In this document: positions 54,911-64,000 of the stretch, one piece after another | Layout of the letters: every line of letters begins with the position of its first letter | Position numbering within the stretch: the stretch's first letter is position 1 | DNA from: Octopus vulgaris | Taxonomy: Eukaryota | Length of the DNA: 64,000 nt | Assembly (NCBI GenBank): GCA_951406725.2 | Contig: OX597819.1 | Span: forward strand, 44,578,001-44,642,000 | Reading direction: 5' to 3' | Notes under the pieces: generated by a model | Told to the model about the DNA's origin: nothing | The model's database searches: none | Seen by the model: only the letters and a program-made list of their open reading frames with translations | Translations under genes and position numbers: made by a program

Positions 54911-56174
54911 TAAAAATTTATCAGTATTATATTATGAATAAATACAAAACGCTGGCTATTAAACTATCTCCCAGTTTCAAAGCAAAAATAAAACCCACAT
55001 ACATACACTTATGGCAATATATGAACATAGCTGAGAGTTACGAAATTCACCTTTATTGAAAATTCTTATTAACGAGTTTAAGCATTCAATGGACAATAAA
55101 TTTTAATTAATACATTGAGGTTGTTTTGTATCAAAAATCGAGATTAAGTATGTAAAGGAAATAATTTTTATTTGCTACAATCCGCTATTTTAATGATAAA
55201 CGGAATTAAAAGAAAATAAAAGTTCGATAGCACCAACATTTTATCAAGTTCTGTCATAGCGCTACCGTGAGCAGTACATTATTTGCACAATGTGGAAAAT
55301 ATACCACCATCTCCTTAACAACAGGTTCAAAATCCATCCAAGACTGAGGTCATATGTCATACACTACGCACACAGTTCAGGCTCACAACACGTAAATTCT
55401 TCGCCGCGCAATTTCCTTTCTTTAACCGATTCTGCTCTATTTAGCATTACCCAAAACAAATAAAAGAAAAAGATCCTACCATCTTCAAATAAAACCTGAA
55501 CAAAACTTCGTCAAGGGATACTAGATAAACCACCTACATATAAATACATCTCAGTCAACAACAATTCCTTCCTTGAATGAGCCATAATAAGATAAAACAT
55601 AACTTCAAAAAGTAATTCAACAGATCCTATCAAGTGGTACTATTAAATTAGACAGGGCCTGGGCCAATCTTTGGCCGAAATATATCTAAATTATACATAG
55701 TGGATAACGCTGAATCTTCAAACACACGCACACAAACATTCACATCATTTTAGGTTCTATAAAAATTGTTGCAGTCGCATAATCATCATAGATCTAAAAT
55801 AGTCTTAATAAATATATATTGCTAATTATTGCATATTAATGTAAAAACATTTAGAACTTACAAATTTATAGCGTAAATAATTAGATTATATTTCCTTACT
55901 ATTAGCGATCTACTTACTACATAACACGTTGTTATCTATTAGAAAAGTGTCAATATAAATGCGTAATGTATAAAATAACATAAACTTTTAGTTAAATTGC
56001 TAATCCGGAGAAAACGCTTAGTTTTATTTATACGAATCATTTTCTCTACTCTGCGCAAATTACCAAGAGCACCTTCAAATTCTATCGGTATTACAATTTT
56101 TATTTAGAAAAAGATAATAGAAACGTATTTTCCTGGATCTACTTCTACTATTTCTAAGTTAGTATGAGGCAGAA

Positions 56175-56723
56175 TACAGGCAGTTAACAAGGAGAATCGT
56201 TGGCACATCGGGACAAAATACTGAGTGGTATTTTTTCCAACAAACTTAGACGAGGTCGACTTTGTCTTTCATCCTTTTGGGGTGAATAAAATAAATGAGT
56301 TGAGCATTGGATTCACTATAATTGATTAAGTACATCACCAAAACTTTAGGCTTTGTGCCTATTGTAGAAAGAAGAAAAAAATGATTATAAGGTAGAATGT
56401 GCAATATTTTCTTTTTAAGGTCACTCTCCTATATAGTCCTATATATATTTTTTTACTACGCAGGGGTAATTTTCATCAGTTGATTTATAGAAATACTCTC
56501 TTTTTACCCTCTTTCTTACATGTTTCAGTCATTTGACTGTGGCCATGCTGGAGCACCGCCTTTTTTTAGTCGGGCAAATCGACCCCAGGAATTATTCTTT
56601 GTAAGCCTAGTACTTATTCTATCGGTGTCTTTTGCCGAACCGCTAAGTTACGGGGATGTAAACACACCAGCATCGGTTGTCAAGCGATGTTCGGGTGGAC
56701 AGACACACAGACTCAAAACATAT

Positions 56724-56774
<51 letters not shown>

Positions 56775-56865
56775 CATACATACGACAGGTCTTTAAGTTT
56801 CCGTCTACCAAATCCATTCACAAGACTTTGTTCGGCCCGAGGCTATAGTAGAAGGTGCCACGCAG
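56175..56865. mobile_element. SINE B (+, 56175-56370) and SINE A (-, 56508-56865)
   Basis: Family motifs. Confidence 0.85.
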
Positions 56866-57132
56866 AGGCTAAGTGCTTTGATACAACAGGGCTTAAATTG
56901 AAAGAATTTTTGCTGCAGTACATAGCCACTCGAACAACCTTCTATAAGCCCCTTACATGTTTCAATATATGAGATGTTGCTACAATTGTTGTTTAGCTCA
57001 AACTCTGTCTCAATGAAAGACACATTTGATCAAAAACATTCCCTGTTTTGTTCTTTCTGTCCTGTTCTTGTTACCACTTTCACCCTCCGCAAAAAACTCC
57101 AAATTTTATTTAATTTTTCTTTGCGGGAAGGA

Positions 57133-57208
57133 CTGTTTCAACGAAGTCGAGTCTTATCCTCGCCTTCGAAAAGTTGAGTAGATGAAACAGGGACTACTGA
57201 AGAAGGGG
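57133..57208 (+). ncRNA. Second, more degenerate copy of the non-canonical-order hammerhead-like motif (element ~56870-57430)
   Basis: CTGTTTCAAC-GAAG-TCGAGTC-TTATCC-TCG-CCTTC-GAAAAGTTG-AGTA-GATGAAACAG-GGACTA-CTGAAGA-AGGGG. Flanks are homologous to 25230-25600, and upstream LCLNERHI resembles a GIY-YIG tail motif. Confidence 0.5.
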
Positions 57209-58367
57209 AATATTCTTTATGATGTATGTCTCGTTTCTCTGTTTTTTTTCGTTGTTCGAAAAAAAGTTCGTTTCTATGATTTTGTTTTTATGTTTTCGTT
57301 TCTCATTGTGTTCAACGTTTTTTTGATGTCCTGTACCCATATATGCATGTATATATACTATATATACATATATATGTCGGTATGTACATATATGTATGTA
57401 TATATGCATATATTTATATATTATTTATATTAGAATACTTTGCTTTCCCTGTACATTTATTTTTGCTTAAGATTTTAGCGTGTGATTTAAAAGAAATTTA
57501 GCCGGTTTTTCTTACAGCTCGATTGACCTAGTTGGCTTCACACACTAATGGCAATGCTCTTCTTGTTGTTTAGCCCCAGGTCAGCCATGATAGAGCAGGC
57601 TTGATCAAAGACGCTCCAGCCGTCACTAATACGTATTTATTTTCATTCAGACAGAATGCTTCTCAGAGCGCATTGTTTAATATGTTCCTCCTTTCTTTGT
57701 TAAGAACTTGGGCTGTCATTTAAAAGAAATTTTACTGCTGTTTCTAGTCACCGTGTAGAAAACCCTTAGTTTCGGCGATGTAAAATATTTCTACGCTCCA
57801 TGTAACACCACATTCTTGGTCGATGATATATAGAGGAATCATGAACTCTTCAGGAACACACATCATGATTTCTACATTCATAAAATAATCTACAATTTCC
57901 TTGCAAAATTTACACACTATTTCTTGTCATGATATAGAATTGTTTTTTTATTTGTAGACGCTATTGTAGTTGTTGATGATGCTTTTGATGTTGTTGTTGT
58001 TGTTGTTAATGTTGTTGTTGTTGTTGTTGTTGTTGCTGTTGTTGTTACTGATGTTGCTGTTTTTCTTGTTGCCGTCGTAGAAAAGTGTGGTTTTGGGGAG
58101 AAACATTTCTACCATGATAACAATTCTAATGTCAATGAGAAGGGAGGATACGAGATAAAAATAATTTAGATCGTGCAGGTAGTGGCGTTGGCAATGATGA
58201 TACAGCCACCGCTGCCGACGACGACAATGACAGCGATGACTACAACGATGATGATGACTACGACGACGATGTACGATGAACGTGATAATGATGAGAGAGT
58301 AAAAATAAAAAAAACAAAAGACAGCAACAAGAGCACCAACAGCTGTAACGACAACAGCCGTGATAAT

Positions 58368-58433
<66 letters not shown>

Positions 58434-58448
58434 TATAATATTAATAAT

Positions 58449-58491
<43 letters not shown>

Positions 58492-58647
58492 GTAGTAGTA
58501 ATAATAATAATAATAATAATAGTAGTTGTTATAGTAATAATAATAATAATAATAATAGTAGTAGTAGTAATAATAATAAGAAGAAGAATAAGAAGAATAA
58601 GATAATAATAATAATAATAATTATTATTATTATTGCTATTATTGTTG

Positions 58648-58693
<46 letters not shown>

Positions 58694-58713
58694 TATTATT
58701 ATCATTATGATTA

Positions 58714-58759
<46 letters not shown>

Positions 58760-58775
58760 CATTATTATTATTATT

Positions 58776-59334
58776 GAGTGAGAGAGCAGTGCATGCCATC
58801 AAAGTGACACTGGGGTACAAATATACAAAGCCCAGTATTCCCATCATGACTACCCGTCTGATAAGGGTAAACAAGGCACATGCATCACAACCATATGTGT
58901 GCGACATGGTGATCTCATAACAAGATAAACAGCGCATGACCTTGCGGGTGGGGCCCAGTAAGAATTTTCTTCTGGTTGGGTAACCCATCCCACTTAAAAG
59001 GTCCCTGATTAAGGGTTGTTTAAGGATGTTGAATGAAATACCCATGTTTCCAAAGGTGAATCGTTCAAACCCCAAAGAATCCCTCTCAACACATGGTTAT
59101 GATGCTCCCCCACTACTTCTACTCGTGATCAGAGATGCACATATTGTCAGCCACGAAGGAACATGCTCAACTGGTTAAGGTCAAACAACTGACAAGCAAA
59201 TCTGTGGTATTGAGCAGAATATTTGCTGTAACCCATCTTTTATACCAAGACAAAACAATGTACATGATAACACTTCCAGTCAGTTAAGATCAGAAGCCAT
59301 GAGAGCCGCTGCCTGGTAGTGCATCAGGGCATTT
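58776..59334. mobile_element. ~555-bp interspersed repeat in (ATT)n, copy 1
   Basis: Closely similar to 59607-60161, with the same ends. Confidence 0.9.
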
Positions 59335-59474
59335 ATCATTATTATTGTTATTATTATTATTATTATTATTACTTTTTTTTTCTTCTTTCAAATTTGCTTT
59401 CATTTCTTGCCGAGTGTCTTCCCGACTCCTAGGGCAAAGAAACTCATAGTATACATTGGTAGGCCATTATTATA

Positions 59475-59531
<57 letters not shown>

Positions 59532-59550
59532 AATATTATTATTATTATTA

Positions 59551-59606
<56 letters not shown>

Positions 59607-60161
59607 GCGTGAGCGAGCAGAGCATGCCATCAAAGTGACACTGGGGTAAAATATACGAAGCCCAGTATACCCATCATGTCTACCCGTCTGATAAGGGTAC
59701 ACCAGGCACATGCATCACAACCATATGTGCGCGATATGGTGATCTCATAACAAGATAAACAGCGCATGACCTTGCAGGTGGGGCCCAGTTAGAATTTTCT
59801 TCTGGTTGGGTAACCCATCCTGCTCAAAAGGTCCCTGATTAAGGGTTATTTTAGGATGTTGAATGAAATACCCATGTTTCCAGAGGTGAATCGTTCAAAC
59901 CCCAAAGAATCCATCTCAAGACATGGTTATGATGCTCCCCCACTACTACTCGTGATCAGAGATGCACATATTGTCAGCCACGAAGGAACATGCTCAACTG
60001 GTTACGGTCAAACAACTGACAAGCAAATCTGTGGTATTGAGCAGATTATTTGCTGTAGCCCATCTTTTATACCAAGACAAAACAATGTACATGATAACAC
60101 TTCCAGTCAGTTAAGATCAGAAGCCATGAGAGCCGCTGCCTGGTACTGCATCAGGGCATTT
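59607..60161. mobile_element. ~555-bp interspersed repeat, copy 2 (direct)
   Basis: Direct match to copy 1. Confidence 0.9.
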
Positions 60162-60204
60162 ATTATTATTATTGTTGTTATTATTATAATTATTATTATT
60201 ATTA

Positions 60205-60274
<70 letters not shown>

Positions 60275-60288
60275 CATTATTATTATTT

Positions 60289-60806
60289 TGCAGTACCAGG
60301 CAGTAGCTCTCATGGCTTCTGGTCTTAACTGATTGGAAGTGTTAACATGTACATTGATTTGGACAAGCAAATACGCTGCACAGTACCAAAGATTTGCTTG
60401 TCAGTTGTTTGATCTTAACCAGTTGAGCATGTCTCTTACTGGCTGACGATATGAGCATCTCTGATCATGAGCAGAAGTAGTGCGGAAGTAGCATAACCAT
60501 GTGTTGAAAGGAATTCATTGGGGTTTGGATAATTCACTTTTGGAAACATGGGTGTTTAGTTCAACGTCCTTAGACAACCCTTATTCAGGGACCTTTTGAG
60601 CGGGATGGACTACTCAACATAAAGAAATACTAACTGGGCCCCACCTGCAAGGTCATGCGCTGTTTATCTTGATATGAGATCACCATGTCGCACACGTATG
60701 TTTGTGATGCATGTGCCTGGTTTATCAGGTACATGCATTAGACAGGTAGTCATGATGGGTTTTACTGGGCTTCGTATATTTTACTACATGCACTGCTCTC
60801 TCACTC
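60289..60806. mobile_element. ~555-bp interspersed repeat, copy 3 (inverted, more diverged)
   Basis: Reverse complement of copies 1 and 2, with small deletions. Confidence 0.9.
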
Positions 60807-60834
60807 AACAATAACAACAACAACAATAATAATA

Positions 60835-61750
<916 letters not shown>

Positions 61751-61924
61751 ATATTATTATTATTGTTATCATCATCATCATCATCATCACTATTATTACT
61801 GGCCTTGTGCCGGAAATTGAAACTATTGTTAAAATTACTACTACTACTACTACTACTACTGCTCATGACGACGACCACCACAACCACAACCACAACCACG
61901 ACGGTGATGTTAATGATAATGATA

Positions 61925-61955
<31 letters not shown>

Positions 61956-62064
61956 CGGGGATGACGGTCACGTTTCAACATTTGTTCAGATGACATATGG
62001 AGATATGTATAGAATTTCTTCGCAGTCTGTAACAATTAAGATCAACAGACGACTGGCTGACAGT

Positions 62065-62109
<45 letters not shown>

Positions 62110-62496
62110 TAAGAGTAATAAAACAAAGAAAGAAAAAAAGAAAAAAACAAGAAAGAAGGAATAAAAGAAAAAGAAAAAAAATGGTCAGGTGGAACGAACG
62201 ATCTCTTGCATGGGCAGATGGTCTTGGTAGTATTCTTGAACATTTGGGCTTCAGAATATCACGTGTGTGTATATGAGCATAGATACATGTGCGTGTATAC
62301 GTATGTGTATGTATGTATGCATGCAGGATGTATCTATGATGCGAGTATGTATGATATATGTATATATATATATGTATGTATGTATATATTTATGATATAT
62401 GTATGTGTGCATGTATGTTTGTGTGTATGATGTATGTATATATGTATGATGTATGTATGTAGGTTCGTCAGTACGTAGGTTTACATACATTAACGA

Positions 62497-62497
<1 letters not shown>

Positions 62498-62554
<57 letters not shown>

Positions 62555-62558
62555 TTAT

Positions 62559-62656
<98 letters not shown>

Positions 62657-62678
62657 ATCTATCTATCTATCTATCTTC

Positions 62679-62742
<64 letters not shown>

Positions 62743-62771
62743 GTATCTTTCTATCTATCTATCTATCTATA

Positions 62772-62837
<66 letters not shown>
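62498..62837. repeat. Long (ATCT)n tetranucleotide microsatellite
   Basis: Directly visible; similar tracts at about 5372, 9480, 9942, 13014, 13460 and 16321. Confidence 0.98.
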
Positions 62838-62838
<1 letters not shown>

Positions 62839-63545
62839 GTAGCTAGCTAGCTGTTTGCCTGTATGCTTGTCTGTCTGTCAATCTGTCTGTATGCATGTAT
62901 AACTTGTGCGTTTTACTTGCTTAAATCATTAGACTGCGCGCATCCTGGATTAGTCAATTAAATCGCTCCCAGAAATTATTCTGCTTATTCTATTATCTCT
63001 TTTGCCAAACCGCTAAAGAGGAACGTAAGCGATTGTATATACACACGTATATACATGTACATATATGTATACAGACACAAGCACACACACACACTTACGC
63101 CCGAACATATGTACAAGCGATGGGCTCTACGCAGTTTCCATCGAATAAATTCTCATATAAGACAATAATGAGGCCAGTGCTATAATAGAATGCATACACA
63201 GTGGAAATGGACCCCAATCCAAGTGGCTGGAAAACGGAATCACTACAGGTGAGTATTGAGCATTAGTGATCCGAGCCTAAAACGATAAATTGAAACATGG
63301 AAAAGTTTGCAGTGGAACGTATTGTAACTGTGATATTTATGCAATGGAGGGTGCTATATCTTGAACTTTTTTAATTAGGTGAAGAACAAATGTATCTGCA
63401 TCGCCCAGACACAACTATTCATATACATACTTACATATATACATTCATATATATGCATACATATATGCACACACAAACACGCGCGCGAATATATATGTAC
63501 GGTATATACACATATATTATATACATAAATACACTATATATATGA

Positions 63546-63584
<39 letters not shown>

Positions 63585-63588
<4 letters not shown>

Positions 63589-64000
63589 TTGTCCGTCAAT
63601 GCGACGAAGACCATCTAGTCATCCTATCTAGTCATCCTGGGGTGGGGTGGGCTTGTTTTGTGAGTCCGCAGATGGCTAGTGAGGCCAGTCTGCGACCGAA
63701 AGCGTCTTTGACAGTGTGAACAGGGAATGGTAGCGCCTGCTACAGGGTTGTTAGCCCTGTTCCTTCTGGCTTGTCTGCGGTTTTCTGCAGCAGCGATCCT
63801 ATTGGTCTCGCATGTGTTGCCACCATTGTGGACAGCTGATCGCCACCCTTCTCTGTCTAGAGCAGACTGCTCCCAAGTGTCATGGTCGATGTTGAAGGCT
63901 TTCAGGGTGTCCTTAAAGCGCTTCTTCTCGCCGCCTTGTGAGCGCTTTCTCTTTTGCAGCTCGCCAAAGAGCAATCATTTTGGTAATAGATCGTCTGACA
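63585..64000 (-). mobile_element. RTE-BovB-like LINE 3' end (continues beyond the window)
   Basis: LFGELQ..KRSQGGEKKRFKDTLK..FNID..TWE..ALDR..WR followed by a C2H2 finger (CSHC...SHLRTH); short 3' UTR running into (TA)n. Confidence 0.92.

Noticed and set aside
57948-59075. Longest ORF (375 aa, poly-N/poly-I)
   Set aside because: It runs from a repeat element through (AAT)n/(ATT)n tracts and has no domain content.
60100-60161. HDV-like ribozyme at the end of the 555-bp element
   Set aside because: I could not build P1, P2 and P3 by eye.

Overview
AT-rich, microsatellite-saturated eukaryotic intronic or intergenic DNA. The SINE families look like those of octopus (coleoid cephalopod); this is my recognition, not a database result. 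No intact host protein-coding gene is evident, and almost every ORF in the track is a translated microsatellite. The complex sequence is mostly transposon debris: three tRNA-derived SINE families (called A, B, C here), Dong/R4, RTE, RTE-BovB and CR1-like LINE fragments, a Tigger/pogo transposase relic, three Helentron-type non-autonomous elements (one carrying a Gypsy integrase fragment), a ~555-bp (AAT)n-embedded repeat, and many Penelope-like element (PLE) remnants. The hidden layer is RNA structure. At least 11 minimal type-I hammerhead ribozyme (HHR) motifs from about 8 repeat families are readable by eye, including a U3-A8 compensatory variant and a tRNA-headed hammerhead SINE. Most unusual are two copies (25308-25383 and 57133-57208) of a hammerhead whose three core strands occur in an order matching none of the types I/II/III, with compensatory base changes between the copies. 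All folds and alignments were made by eye, and activity is untested.
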